64,000 nt of DNA from Trypanosoma brucei (Eukaryota), in the NCBI GenBank assembly GCA_000002445.1, contig CM000208.1, forward strand, positions 1,408,001 to 1,472,000, given 5' to 3'. Positions 20,449 to 34,387 of this stretch are shown piece after piece (the first letter of the stretch is position 1; each line of letters starts with the position of its first letter). Made by a program: the position numbers and the translations under genes. The notes under the pieces are model-generated. The model worked only from the letters and a program-made list of their open reading frames with translations, searched no databases and was not told where the DNA came from.

Positions 20449-21096
20449 TTACAACTTGCTCTTTTCGATACGAAGAAGTTCATCCACTTTTGTGGCCACT
20501 GATTTGAGCACAACGGGAAGCGGAGGGTTGCCATCAACTTCCAACACCTTCCCACGGTAATATTCCATGAGGGATGCCTTCTGCTTCAGATAAACCTGCA
20601 TGCGGCGTCTGTGCTTTTCCCTGTTGTCGTCTGAGCGAATCAAAAGACGACCCATAATTTCTTGCGGCGACGGATCACTCTTTAGGTTGTAAATGCGGCC
20701 GGTCACTGGGTCTAAACGGCGGAACACGCAACGTTCCTCAAGTTTAATCTCGTCAACATCGATAAAAATCATCGCATCCACCTTGAACCCATTGGCGGCA
20801 AGCGTCTCCGCCTGTGCTCGGGTGCGTGGGAAACCATCAAGGAGAATTCCCCTTCCTTTTGTGTCAGGGCGTTGAAGGCGGTTAATAATCATGGCAACAA
20901 CCACATGGTCTGGTATTAGTTGTCCCTCACTCATAAGCCCCTCAACCTGCCGACCGATTGCACTACCCTTCTTCACTTCCTCTCGTAAGAGATTCCCCGT
21001 GCTTACGTGAATAAAATCATAACGACGGACAAGAAACTCGCTCGCAGTCCCTTTGCCACATCCCGGCGCTCCAAATAAAAGGATATGCAGACCCAT
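20449..21096 (-). CDS. adenylate kinase with C-terminal -SKL (PTS1-like, glycosomal-type) tripeptide
   Basis: P-loop GAPGCGKGT, NMP-binding GNLLREEV...GQLIPD, and ILLDGFPRTRAQAE are adenylate-kinase hallmarks. The ORF ends ...LLRIEKSKL then stop. ATG at 21096 checked. Confidence 0.9.
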   Translation of the reverse strand: MGLHILLFGAPGCGKGTASEFLVRRYDFIHVSTGNLLREEVKKGSAIGRQVEGLMSEGQLIPDHVVVAMIINRLQRPDTKGRGILLDGFPRTRAQAETLAANGFKVDAMIFIDVDEIKLEERCVFRRLDPVTGRIYNLKSDPSPQEIMGRLLIRSDDNREKHRRRMQVYLKQKASLMEYYRGKVLEVDGNPPLPVVLKSVATKVDELLRIEKSKL

Positions 21097-21901
21097 TCTT
21101 CAATTTATAAACAAACAAAGGTTCGTTATGAAACACAGCCCGCTACACGCTGACACTTCCTCCACGCTAATAGACAACCCTTTTCCTTGTATATTTGCTT
21201 GCTATTTGTCTTCCGTCATGTAAACTCCCCGTACGGGAAACTGGTTAAGTTTTCACCAAGAAAAGGGGCGCTAACACAACTGTTAAAAAAAATAAAATAA
21301 AATAGAAAACAGAAGAGTTAAAAAGGATGGATGAGGACCAGTGCAGGTGCTGATTTAAGGAGCAAACAATAGAAATCCTACCCTAGGTGATGCCGAACCG
21401 GCTCTGCGTGAAGCGTTACACTCTCTCAAGACCCTCCATATTTTTTTTGGGGGTTATTTCCTCAACTTCACGCGCCGTGCTGCGTTTGGCCATTTCTTAT
21501 CTTTCCTACGGCGCATGAGTAGGCGAAAAGCAAGGAGAAGAGAAGAGAAGGGATGGAAAAAAAAAAATGGGGAATAAAAAAACCACAGGACGCGAGTCGT
21601 CATTTCCCCCTTCTCACTTTCCCTCCCTTTTCTTTAAAAAGTTGCTGCTCAGCACACCATCCCAAATGTGACTTGGGTACGGAAAGAGCAGCTTTCAACA
21701 TAAAAAAAAAGTAAAAAAAAAAAGAAGTGGCGAAGCTCCCACAAGAATTACCACGAAGGGCATCTACGTCCACGAAGAGGGGGAAAAAAAAAACATACAA
21801 AAACTTCCGTTTTCCTAGTGCGGAAGACAAACAGAAGTTTTTGTCTGTTTTTTTTTTTCCTCTTCGTCAACTTATTCAGTCGGTAAAGGGTAAAATCCCA
21901 C

Positions 21902-24277
<2,376 letters not shown>

Positions 24278-25745
24278 TTAAAAAAAAAGAAAAAGTTATA
24301 TTGCCCCCAAATTTTGTTTTCTTGCACGCGTCCTTCTGTTGCGAGAAGTTGGATCTGCTATGTGCTTCTCCTACACTTCTTCGCGGTTCTGGATTATATA
24401 TGCACACAGCGCTTTCAAGTTAGAGTTTTTTTGTTCCCTTTTTTTACCGTTGCTGATTTCGTCCTTTTATCCTACTTCTAACTTTTCACCCCTCCCGATT
24501 GGTCCCTAAAGAAGCGACCTTTATATCCTTTATTTTTTTCCTTCAAATATTCTTCTTCTTCAGTGTCGTTTAACAACAAGTTTTGCAGTGATAAGCTTTG
24601 AGTGGTTGAAAGGGGGAGGAAATGGTAAAAGCGGAAGAGAACAGTAGAAAATGACACAAGATTGGTGTTATAAACGGGTAGAAACAAAAAATAATTCAGT
24701 GTTGATACGAAGGAAATATCCAATCTAAAAAGAAAAGGAGAAAAAAAAAAGGGAGACAGACAAACTACTACCATTTTGGAAGTGATATATATGGGACAAA
24801 TCCCTAAAGCTGTTGGCCGCACAACACGACACAACAGACAGCTCTCTTTCTGTATGAATAATACGTAGCGCACATAATTCTATCAACATCATCACCTTCA
24901 GTAGCAGTAGCGGAAGCAGCAGCGTTTGCGGCGGCAGGAAAAACAACAACAGTAATAATAATGGAGTGCACAATCAATGATTACACATGATGGTGTGCCC
25001 ATACGCGTAATAAACGTGCGGTGGAGGTAACGAGATGAAGAAAGCAATGATGTTTTTCTCTAACTCTATCACACTCCACTTCCATCATATTTGTAAATGT
25101 GATAAACGAACAACCGGCAACATAAACGAATATGCAAAATAATAATAAAACGAAATAAAACAGAGAACAGCCGTAAAGAAACGCACGATAATAACCGATC
25201 AAGGTAACGACACGCAGCTGCACAAGAAGTAACTACCAATATTCACATTGTATTATACAACATGGCAGAGGGAGGTAAGTCATATGTTACCACATTCACC
25301 CGAGATTACACACATCACACCACTTCCCAAAACTCCTTTCGCGCGCTTTCATTCTTTTGTGCCACGCCATCACATTCCACAACACTATGGCTGCACGATT
25401 GCCTCGTGTTGTAAAAGAAAAAAAAAATACGCGCGGGTCACTCATTCATGACACTTTCGAGGGAAAATAACGAACACAACATGTGAAAAGTGCTCATATT
25501 ATCAAAGGGACACATAAGTATACAAAGAAATCAACAAAGCGTACTTCGGTTTTGCGCGGAACTGATGAAGCGTTTGTATCCATGTGATAGGTAAATAAAT
25601 AAATTAAATAAATCAAATAGTTGAATTGCGACCGTTTCTTACTCCCTACCTGCCAAAACAAATACATCATCTCCTCCTTTTCCCTTCCCCCCCCAAACTC
25701 CACTACACAGTGCATCAAGCGTATCCTTAAGTGAGAACATTCTCG

Positions 25746-27476
25746 TTACTTTGATAGCATTGGGGCGAAAGTAAAATAAATTCCTGCTACCCACACAAAG
25801 AGACTAAAAATAATGTACGCGTACCACCTGCAGTCGAAGGGGTTATCGGGGAATGTACAAAATATTTTCATGTAGTCACAAAAAGAAAGTTCTGCGCTCA
25901 CACCATCAACATCAGTACTGCTACGTGCATTTTCCACACGCTCGGTGAAAATGGCGAGGAGAGCGGGAAGCGTTACCATAAGGTGTATGCCAGTAAATGC
26001 CCCCAAGAAACCAGCGAAAAGGCTAACAGTCTCCGCACCAATACTTGCGGCGATGGCTCCAACAAAAATGTTAAAGGTTACGCGAACCATCACAAACATC
26101 GATTTCTCTCTGTGAAGCTCAATGCCCAACGCCCTGTCTAGTAACTGTATGGCTGGCACAAACTGGATAGGGTAGCCAAAAATGAGACTCAATCCGAGCA
26201 GCACTTGCATGAGCACCTTCATTGTGCTGGCTGGCATCGCGAGTACCACCGATGACTCCAACGCTTCCCCATAAGCTAAATAACCAAGAACACCAAAGAA
26301 AACATATAGTGCAACAATGGAGGCGTTAACGTACTTTACCACTTTTTCAAACTTCGGGTAGTCTTCGGGAGAAATGCTGTTTTCTACAGGAAGAACCACA
26401 CCAATACCTTCTAGGGAAAACACGTGGCCCGAAATAAAGAGAAATATGCGCATTGTCGGCACAATTGCCCACACTTCAGGAGCCACACCGGTTGTTGAAA
26501 GGGAACACACCTCTTCGGCTGTTGCTCCCGCAAGCACCACCATAACAAACACCGCTGCAATCATTGACATGTACGCCAGGAAACCCAGGCGATGCGAAAC
26601 AAAGGTCATGAATGTCACCACCACAATACTAATAAAAACGAACAGTTTGTACAAGTCATGACCGGTAAAGAACTCTGCAAACAGTGATGAGGCATACTGT
26701 ATGTACACTACACAAAACCCAAACTGTGTAAACAACAGTGAAAACTTGGCAAAGTGCATCCACAACTTTCCCAATACATACTTTACCACGGCCGGGTAGG
26801 TACGTGCACCTGTGTGGCCAATAATTTGCTTGGCACGAATAAGAGCCAACACACAGTCAATGATTAACCATCCCATCAGCACAACAACTACCCCGCCCAG
26901 AGCATATCCGGCGTCTCGGTAATAAGCTGGAAGAAGAAAAACACCCGTACCCACATTTCCCTTGAATATGTGAAAGGCAGCACGACCCAGCGAGGTGTAC
27001 GATTGTCCGCTGCTGGGGACGAAGGTGCCACTCCGAAAGGAGCACTCCAACGCGTCTGTTAATTGCGGTCCAAGAGAGTGTCTGTCCAACTCGTCACAAT
27101 CCTGTACACTGCCATATGTGAAACGGGTAAATCCGTCACCAACTGATGCCAAATCACTACCCCTTGAAGAACTTGGCCCAACCCTTTCTTTAGCACACCC
27201 CGGCGTTAGTGGTTGATCGAGCGATTCACCACTAAAGCGTTCCCCTTGGGACACTTCTCGAGGGGTTGCAGTTATTTTCGGACTTTTGAGTTGTGGTGAA
27301 AGCGACAGACGCGAATCAGCGGGTTGGGTTTGCGACGGTGACGCCACAGTTCGTGCTGAGGCAGCGCCTGAAATAAGAGTTCCACTTCTGGAAATGTCGG
27401 CGCCTTCCCCTTCCGGTTGAAAAATGGCGTCAACGGGTACCTCATATGGGGGGTGAATACCCTCACGACTTGTCAT
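25746..27476 (-). CDS. amino acid transporter (AAT / Aa_trans family) with long disordered N-terminal extension
   Basis: About 10 predicted transmembrane segments follow the motif AFHIFKGNVGTGVFLLPAYYRDAGYALGGVVVVLMGWLIIDCVLAL, typical of the eukaryotic amino-acid/auxin permease family expanded in trypanosomatids. The N-terminal roughly 150 aa is S/P-rich and soluble. Confidence 0.8.
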   Translation of the reverse strand: MTSREGIHPPYEVPVDAIFQPEGEGADISRSGTLISGAASARTVASPSQTQPADSRLSLSPQLKSPKITATPREVSQGERFSGESLDQPLTPGCAKERVGPSSSRGSDLASVGDGFTRFTYGSVQDCDELDRHSLGPQLTDALECSFRSGTFVPSSGQSYTSLGRAAFHIFKGNVGTGVFLLPAYYRDAGYALGGVVVVLMGWLIIDCVLALIRAKQIIGHTGARTYPAVVKYVLGKLWMHFAKFSLLFTQFGFCVVYIQYASSLFAEFFTGHDLYKLFVFISIVVVTFMTFVSHRLGFLAYMSMIAAVFVMVVLAGATAEEVCSLSTTGVAPEVWAIVPTMRIFLFISGHVFSLEGIGVVLPVENSISPEDYPKFEKVVKYVNASIVALYVFFGVLGYLAYGEALESSVVLAMPASTMKVLMQVLLGLSLIFGYPIQFVPAIQLLDRALGIELHREKSMFVMVRVTFNIFVGAIAASIGAETVSLFAGFLGAFTGIHLMVTLPALLAIFTERVENARSSTDVDGVSAELSFCDYMKIFCTFPDNPFDCRWYAYIIFSLFVWVAGIYFTFAPMLSK

Positions 27477-28113
27477 TGTGCGAAGTAAGTTAAGTGTATT
27501 ACAAAACTAAACAATAATAATAATAATAATCACTACTATCGTTGTTATCGTTATTTATTGCGATTGTTGCGAAACCACCAGCCAGTTTATATGGGTATAT
27601 TTGTGAGGTTTTTCCTCAAAGCTCCGCTACTGCTGCTACAACCTGAGCACGCTGTGGGCTACACCACCAACACAAGTACGCAGACACACAAACGAGCTGC
27701 AGCTACTACCAAAGAAATGAGGGAAAAAAGGAAAATACAGAACTTTAGCTCATTTCTGGGCAAGGAGCCAACACAAGTCGCATTCTCCTCATGTGAATGC
27801 CAAGTACTTTGGGAAGCCGGAGGCGAAACAAAAGTGGTGTACCACTTAACCTTCTCGGCTTTTCTCTTTAACGCCTGCGCACCTCTTGTGTGATTTCATT
27901 TGGAAACATCTCAACCGATCTAATACATTAAGTGGGTTTTGGTGCAGAGGAATTGATCAAGATAGAGTGAGCCAAGGGAGCTGTGTTTTAAAAAAAAAAG
28001 GAGAGAGAAAACAAGACCAAAGCACAATAGTAACGACCACAGAAAACATGTTCTCCCCTTTACCTTTTTCTTACTATTTTTCAACTTGCTACCCATGCCA
28101 ACGTGCCCCAACC

Positions 28114-29724
28114 TCACAAAACTTTTGAGTGTGATATCACCGCAGGAAGTGAAATCCGCAATGCTTCGAATGCCCTCGGATGTTGCAAGATGACCGCCCG
28201 ACATGCCACATCGTTCCCAAACCCCCACAGAGCTTGGCTACCATCGAGAAGAATACGATCCACATCTTTGTGCTTGAGCATAATATCAACCAGTAGACCC
28301 GTGATGACGGAAACTCCTTTTGATCCACCACCCATGCCAACATCCCGCGACGTCACATACATGTTCACCGCCCTCGGGTTTTGGGCTATGAAACCAAGGA
28401 AACGCATGACAACCTCCATTAAAAGGACGTTATCCTTTCTCTCCTGCGCCAACCGCACAAGGTGTGCAATTACGCCTTGGCCGACAAGTATCTCAGCATT
28501 GCGAAGATTCGTCGCTATAAGGGAGTTAAAAAAGGCGAAGCCGAACTTCTGCAACATAACTGTTCCTTTAAATGTACGTAGCGTTGAGTGAACCAACGTC
28601 AGGGCACGCTCTTCGACGTCCCTTTCAAAATCTAGTTTGTCATTTCCCGAGCAGATGTTGTGCAAGAAGAGGGTAGCATGTTCTGCGATCTGTTCATTCT
28701 TCGGGAATTTTTCCATAGCATCAAGAATCATTCCAAGGGACTTTCCTCCACCGAGACACAGACGTATCAACTCTTCCGAGAAACTAATGTTCCACAGAGC
28801 TTTAATGCACGCAAACACCACTTCCTCGTCATCAATGAAGATATCCAATGCATTAAGAATTGCTTGTGCACCACCTTCTCTTACAAGTGTATTCAGAATC
28901 TCCCGCTGTGCCGCGTGCTCACACAGTTTCAGAATGGTTTCCCGAGTAATTGCACGGCTCTTAAAGTTCGCGGTGATGGAAAGAATCCGTGTGATATCAT
29001 TCTTGACGTACCATGTATTCCACACTTCCTCAAAAGTTTGGTTCCGATTGATGGACCACAATTGTTTGTTCGCAAAGAGGTGTTTAACAATGGCAGTTAT
29101 GGACACCACATGATTGACGATGCCAGTGCGTGGATGGCGGACTTGCGACTGGAGTCCAATGAGCTGACCGCGGTCATTAAATGCTGGACAACCCGCAGTT
29201 CGCACATCCCTGGTCGTTTTGAGGTAAAACAAGTCATCACGGTGACGGAGCACCTCAACAAACCTCTTCATCACTAAAGGAGGATCTGCACTACCAGCAG
29301 CCGGCGCTATGTCCCCGACTTCCGGATCCGCCTTACCCGAGTCACTGCTCTCTGCGGGATGCTGCACGACCAAAATGATATCCCCTTCAGTCACAGGGGC
29401 CCATTGATCTTTCGTCAAGGGTATTGTGACGGGTACGACATTAAGAAGACCAGCCTCCTCACAGGCCACCAAGCAGTAGTCCATGTACTCGGGGTATGCT
29501 GCGGCAAAAAAGTACTTTTGCGGTAGCAATTTTACTTCAACAGGTTTCTTCTTGGTGCCCTCAAAGAAAATGGCGGTCAGTGAAGCGCACGCGTCAGCTG
29601 TTCCTACGACATGCGTGGAAGTAAGAAGCATCCCCGGTGAGACAAGAGTGGCTGTGCCCTTTTCCGGGATGCGACAAACGGCAGGAATATTGTGAACATT
29701 GCTAGTTGTAAGAATTGTGGCCAT
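28114..29724 (-). CDS. conserved hypothetical protein: N-terminal trypsin/HtrA-like fold with degenerate active-site motif, plus C-terminal armadillo/HEAT-like repeats
   Basis: N-terminal ATLVSPGMLLTSTHVVG (His-box-like), DYCLVACEE (Asp-box-like) and ...RTAGCPAFNDRGQLIGLQSQ resemble the GxSGGP(L/V)xN...G(I/V)xS core of chymotrypsin-fold proteases, but without the Ser. The C-terminal half has repetitive alpha-helical ARM-like segments (ILNALDIFIDDEEVVFACIKALWNISF...). Domain assignment is from pattern memory only. Confidence 0.5.
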   Translation of the reverse strand: MATILTTSNVHNIPAVCRIPEKGTATLVSPGMLLTSTHVVGTADACASLTAIFFEGTKKKPVEVKLLPQKYFFAAAYPEYMDYCLVACEEAGLLNVVPVTIPLTKDQWAPVTEGDIILVVQHPAESSDSGKADPEVGDIAPAAGSADPPLVMKRFVEVLRHRDDLFYLKTTRDVRTAGCPAFNDRGQLIGLQSQVRHPRTGIVNHVVSITAIVKHLFANKQLWSINRNQTFEEVWNTWYVKNDITRILSITANFKSRAITRETILKLCEHAAQREILNTLVREGGAQAILNALDIFIDDEEVVFACIKALWNISFSEELIRLCLGGGKSLGMILDAMEKFPKNEQIAEHATLFLHNICSGNDKLDFERDVEERALTLVHSTLRTFKGTVMLQKFGFAFFNSLIATNLRNAEILVGQGVIAHLVRLAQERKDNVLLMEVVMRFLGFIAQNPRAVNMYVTSRDVGMGGGSKGVSVITGLLVDIMLKHKDVDRILLDGSQALWGFGNDVACRAVILQHPRAFEALRISLPAVISHSKVL

Positions 29725-30369
29725 TTTGTTGTTGATGTTGTCTCACTTTCTTCTATCCTGCTTTTTCCCCCTAGAGTAAATGTCCAGTTTTGTTTTGCTT
29801 TTCTGTAGAATAGGTGCCTCCCGGCTATGTGCGGGAACGCAAAATAAAAATAATGATAATAATAATAATAGAAGGACGGAAAAGGCAACTTGCATCAAAC
29901 CAAGCAACAGGGGAGGAGAATAACAGGGGCGAAAGAAAATCCTTAGCAGCGATGACGGCACCCAACACCGGAAATTCCCCCCCCCCCCATGTTTTCAACC
30001 GCATCCACATCCATCGCGACCGCCACACCCAACACATGCTCGAGAAGAACTGTCATTTCGCCGGGGTCAGAAGAAAAGTAACTAATATATATATATATAT
30101 GTCCAGAAAACTAACTTCAAACTGACTGCATTCCATACCGCCCAATCCATAAGAGGAGCTGTTGCCGTTTTTCAACATTTCCACTACCGTATCGCCCTGG
30201 GATGTGATATCAAAGATATCACAACAGAACCGTACGGCCACCTAAGACGGGTATGAGCGCAGAGGCGTTTACAACGGGGAGTCAAACAACTGGGAAAAGA
30301 TGACAACATCATAAAGTGAAGTAAATACAAAGGTAGAAGTCTATGGAAAACGTAACTTCGTTAACAAAC

Positions 30370-30783
30370 CTAAAGTTGGTTTTCACACCACGGATACAAA
30401 GATGCACCAGAACGTCTAATTCCCTTCGCGGCCACCGCTATGCGGCGAAGCAGCAACCCTTCCTTTTGCATGAATTCCTCTCGACGCCGCAAAGCCGCAG
30501 TAATCCCACCCCAACACCTTTCCCCTCCCGCCTCCCTAAGGAGTGCCAATAAATGTTCATTCCTGCAATTGCGCGCATCACCATCACCATCACCAACAAC
30601 GTGGCGCAACATGAAATCGTACTGCTCGAATGTCCATTTACCACCACTGGCAGCAACACGCTCGGACACAACACGTTGAAATGCAGTTGCCTCATCACAC
30701 ATCAGAAGCGTCCGCTGAAGGTGCTCCGTACATATAATCTCAACAACAGCGATATGACATTCAGCATTGGAAGGTCCCGCCAT
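30370..30783 (-). CDS. small hypothetical protein (137 aa)
   Basis: ATG at 30783 checked. Same strand as neighbours; no recognisable domain. Confidence 0.3.
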   Translation of the reverse strand: MAGPSNAECHIAVVEIICTEHLQRTLLMCDEATAFQRVVSERVAASGGKWTFEQYDFMLRHVVGDGDGDARNCRNEHLLALLREAGGERCWGGITAALRRREEFMQKEGLLLRRIAVAAKGIRRSGASLYPWCENQL

Positions 30784-31980
30784 TATTTTTCAGTAACGTG
30801 GCAGTCACAACAACAAAAGAGAGTAAATTAATACAGAGGGGGGGGGCTCCACCACCTAATTCGTAGCAACATTGTATGTTCGTAGAATGTAGTGATAAGG
30901 AAAAAAAAAGGAAGAAATATTATAAAAGGTCACGGAATCGGGGGAAATAATTCAGGTTGAGGTATAAAACACTCCTACACACAATGAGATCATGAGGGTT
31001 CCGTGGAAAAAAAAAACGCATAGTCCACCGAGGAAAAACACGAACAAGTAAGCATAATCGGCACCAACGCCACCGTTATTGTTGTGATTTTTCTTTTCTC
31101 CCCCTCCATTTCATATTGGTACTCCCTTCCTCCACCTTCTTCGTTACTGAAATTCACATTATTTAATAATATGATTAGTGGACCTGAGTAGTATTTTTAA
31201 AGGAAAGCAAGATGAACAGATCGAAAAGTATAAGAAAAAGGAAAAAGAAGAAAAGGGGAGAAAGAGAAGAAAAAAAGCGAAGGAAGGGGGAAAAGAAGGG
31301 TTCCCTGCGAAAAAAAAAAGAATGAGTGACACCAATCAACAACAATAACCTGTTCAATTTAGGAGCACAGAGTGGAGAGGTTACACGAGTTTTCCACTCC
31401 ATTCCTTTCCTTATTATTTTTTTTTCTGCCGGGAGCCGTGCGTCAACGCCATGATCACGTGTTACTGCATCGTCAGGGACCATTGCATCCACGAAAAGAA
31501 AGGAAATGAAGCGACTTTTTCGTCGAAAAGTTGATTTTAAACCCTCCTCCCTCCCCTTCTATTCAATTTTGATTCCCTTTCCTCTGTATTTTTTTTCAAA
31601 TTCCTTACCTTTTTTCTTTCGTTTTTGTTGCTGACGTCGCTTTCACTCTTCTTCAAAGTAAATTAAAATGGCAACTAATATGTACCAAAGAGGAAGCAAC
31701 GTTGAGCGAGTTTCAAAATATTTTTGTTTTTTTTTATTTATTCCGAGCAATTTTACATTCTTTTCCTCCCCACACCTTTGTTTTCCCCTTCACCTCCCCA
31801 AAGTCTGCTTTTCTTTTCCTTTTCCTTCCCGCACATCTGGCCTGTCGGAGTTGAGTCCATCGTGACTCCTCTTTTTTTTTTCCCCCCCCCCTGCACTTGC
31901 GCATTCACTGGTAAACAGTGATTAAATATTTTTATAAAAAAACCCTGGTATATATAACTTCTTCATACACTTTGATGTTT

Positions 31981-32016
31981 CCCACAAACACACAAACACA
32001 AACACACACACACACA
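31981..32016. repeat. CA-rich microsatellite (cacaaacacacaaacacaaacacacacacacacac)
   Basis: Read directly. The complementary (GT)8 lies at 17063-17078. Confidence 0.85.
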
Positions 32017-32658
32017 CTTCCCTCATTTACCAATTCCTCAATATGCAGAATTTGCAGCACGCAGTCTTTTCTTTTTTTTTTTTACAGCATGTAAGAGGAC
32101 ATATAAGATGGCTATGTCCACGGCCACGTGGATGTGTTTTAGTGAGAAAGCAAAAGTAAAGGGACAATGTTAGACCGGTTGATTTGACGAAATGAAGAAA
32201 CACTTAAAGTGTTCACGAGGCGATCCCGTTTCCACCTTCCACTGGATTCCCCCACCTTTTCCCCTGTTAAAATGCAACCCCAAAACCGTAGCATATTAAA
32301 CTTCTCCAATACAAGTTTCACTTTGGCTCCTCCTAAAGCATCCACTTTCACCACCCTGCCACTTACCTAATCCCATTTGCGAAACGTAACTCATTTCATC
32401 ACTTCTTCTTTTTTTTTTCCTTTTCTCCACGCAAACCCAATACCCATTTTTTTAAAAAAGAAAAAAATTATAGAGAATCACCACCAACCCCACGTTGTTA
32501 AATGTTAATTTTGCCGATTCTCCTGCAGCGAAACTCTCCAGCGGCAACTGGAAGTTTTTTTTTCTGTTTGTTGCTTCTCAGTCACTGCTGGGAGATCTTG
32601 TTTGGTAAGTTCAGATTAGAAACGACATAATACTCCACATTTGTATTTGCAAAAGGAA

Positions 32659-33960
32659 TTATTTCTTTGTTTCATCAAGAATGTCGTTGCGCAAACGTTG
32701 TGCAAGATCCAATGTCATCTGCCTCTCCACTCTGCCAACAGAGCTATCAGCAGGGTTGGTTGTCTTTGTGTTCATGTAGTTTCTTAACTCTTCCTCACGG
32801 GTTTCTCTGTTTTTCTGCAGAATCAATTCCCTCTGCTTCCGCATATGCTCTGCACGACGTGCCAATTCCTCGTCCTCGACTTTTGAAGAAGCAGCACCAG
32901 CACCGGCAGCACCCCCACCTGCAGATGATGCTCCTGCAATCCCTTTCGCCATCGTGGCCTCAAGTTGCTTGAAGGACGGTTGGTGCGTAGGCAACTTCGA
33001 GAAGCCAAACTTTTTTCCAGAATCTGCACCGTGATCGGTATGAAGGCTTGGCATGATTGGGCGACCCCGGGAAAGTGGCCCTGGGGGAACGGCAGGAGGT
33101 GCTGTGGGGGCCTTCGCAGCAGTGGCGGCAGGTTTGCTCTCGGCGGGCGCCTTCGCTGGTGCTGGTGCCGGTGCCTCCTTCTTTGGAGCAACTGGAGTGG
33201 GTTCCACAACCATGGTTGCCGTAAGACGCTGCAGCATCGCCTGCTGGCGCACCTCGAGTGCGCGCTCCTCCAACTTAACAATAGTTTTTTCCTTTTCCTC
33301 CTCCGCAGCTGTTAATTTTTTCAACTTGGTTTCTTCAGCCGCAGCTTTTCCAACCACTTTGGCCTCCTCCACGGCCTCCTGGCTGATTTTCTCGAACGTA
33401 TTGCGGGCCCGCTCGTGCTCAGCAGCAATAGATAGGGCGAGTGCCTCCTGTAGCTGCAGATCCTCCAACTCCATTAGACGGCGGGTCTTCTCCTCATCGT
33501 TAAGAGAAGCCTCGATAGCGAGCCTCATCGCCTCCTCCTCATCATTTGCAGTTTTTGCACCACTGTTCTCACGTTTTTGACTGATTTCACACTGAGCAAG
33601 GATGTCGAGCTCGATGTTGCGTCGCACCATCATCTTGTGGAAGGTGGGGAAATCCTCGATATAGAAGATTTCCTGCATGAACTTCTTGCCAAGCCTGTTC
33701 GTCTGGCTCGCGGTGTCCATGGAGTTCACCACAGCATTCAGCGCGTCCTCTAGCGTTATGCCTAGCTCCTTCACGTATTTAGAAAGAATGTCATCGGTAA
33801 TTTTTCGAAATTGCATGTGTACCTCTGTCTGCTCGACCTTCATCTCTTCATCGTCCGTGAAGAGGGCACACCTCTCGTCAATGAAGTTGTCAACGGGGGT
33901 ACGCCACATTGGCGAATGCGTGAACTGTAAAATGGATTCTAAGATGCCTCTCTCGTCCAT
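32659..33960 (-). CDS. CFAP36: CFAP36 / CCDC104-like flagellar protein with N-terminal BART (ARL2BP-like) domain
   Basis: The N-terminus aligns with CFAP36: here WRTPVDNFIDERCALFTDDEEMKVEQTEVHMQFRKI...YVKELGITLEDAL...EDFPTFHKMMVRRNIELDILAQ, versus metazoan [36 protein letters not shown]...YLKEIGINEDQF...[22 protein letters not shown]. It is followed by a charged coiled coil and an A/P-rich low-complexity insert. Confidence 0.8.
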   Translation of the reverse strand: MDERGILESILQFTHSPMWRTPVDNFIDERCALFTDDEEMKVEQTEVHMQFRKITDDILSKYVKELGITLEDALNAVVNSMDTASQTNRLGKKFMQEIFYIEDFPTFHKMMVRRNIELDILAQCEISQKRENSGAKTANDEEEAMRLAIEASLNDEEKTRRLMELEDLQLQEALALSIAAEHERARNTFEKISQEAVEEAKVVGKAAAEETKLKKLTAAEEEKEKTIVKLEERALEVRQQAMLQRLTATMVVEPTPVAPKKEAPAPAPAKAPAESKPAATAAKAPTAPPAVPPGPLSRGRPIMPSLHTDHGADSGKKFGFSKLPTHQPSFKQLEATMAKGIAGASSAGGGAAGAGAASSKVEDEELARRAEHMRKQRELILQKNRETREEELRNYMNTKTTNPADSSVGRVERQMTLDLAQRLRNDILDETKK

Positions 33961-34387
33961 TGCAGCAAACTTACCCCTTTAATGTGTGTATTTCTCTTTT
34001 TTTTTTTTGGAGCTTCGTATGTACGTATATTCACGTCAAAACGCTACTCAATATTTCTCTTTGTTTAATTTTGCTTCCTCAAAATTCCTTTATATCTTCT
34101 GAGATCGCTTCAATTTCGCCAGTAGATACGTGTACAAGCTTGGTTCGAGCTTTTCACCACATATCGCCGTGGGGTTATAAAGAAAAATATATCGAAAGGT
34201 CGCGGAAGAATAGGGGAAAAGTATACGACGGTTGAGAGGGAGGAAATTAATTCCGCGCTTTACCAGGGTCAAACAGAACAAGTGCGTTCACCACCTCCAT
34301 TACCAGAAAGAAAAAAAAACGACCCACACGACTGACAACACGGTTAGAACTTCGGACGCTGGACTTAATAGATAGATTTAATGAAAT

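Noticed and set aside
33053-33580. Antisense 175-aa ORF (GA-rich protein) opposite the CFAP36 gene, and the many 60-190 aa plus-strand ORFs across the VPS13-like gene
   Set aside because: These are typical antisense artefacts of long, moderately GC-rich coding sequence. The sense-strand proteins have clear homology.
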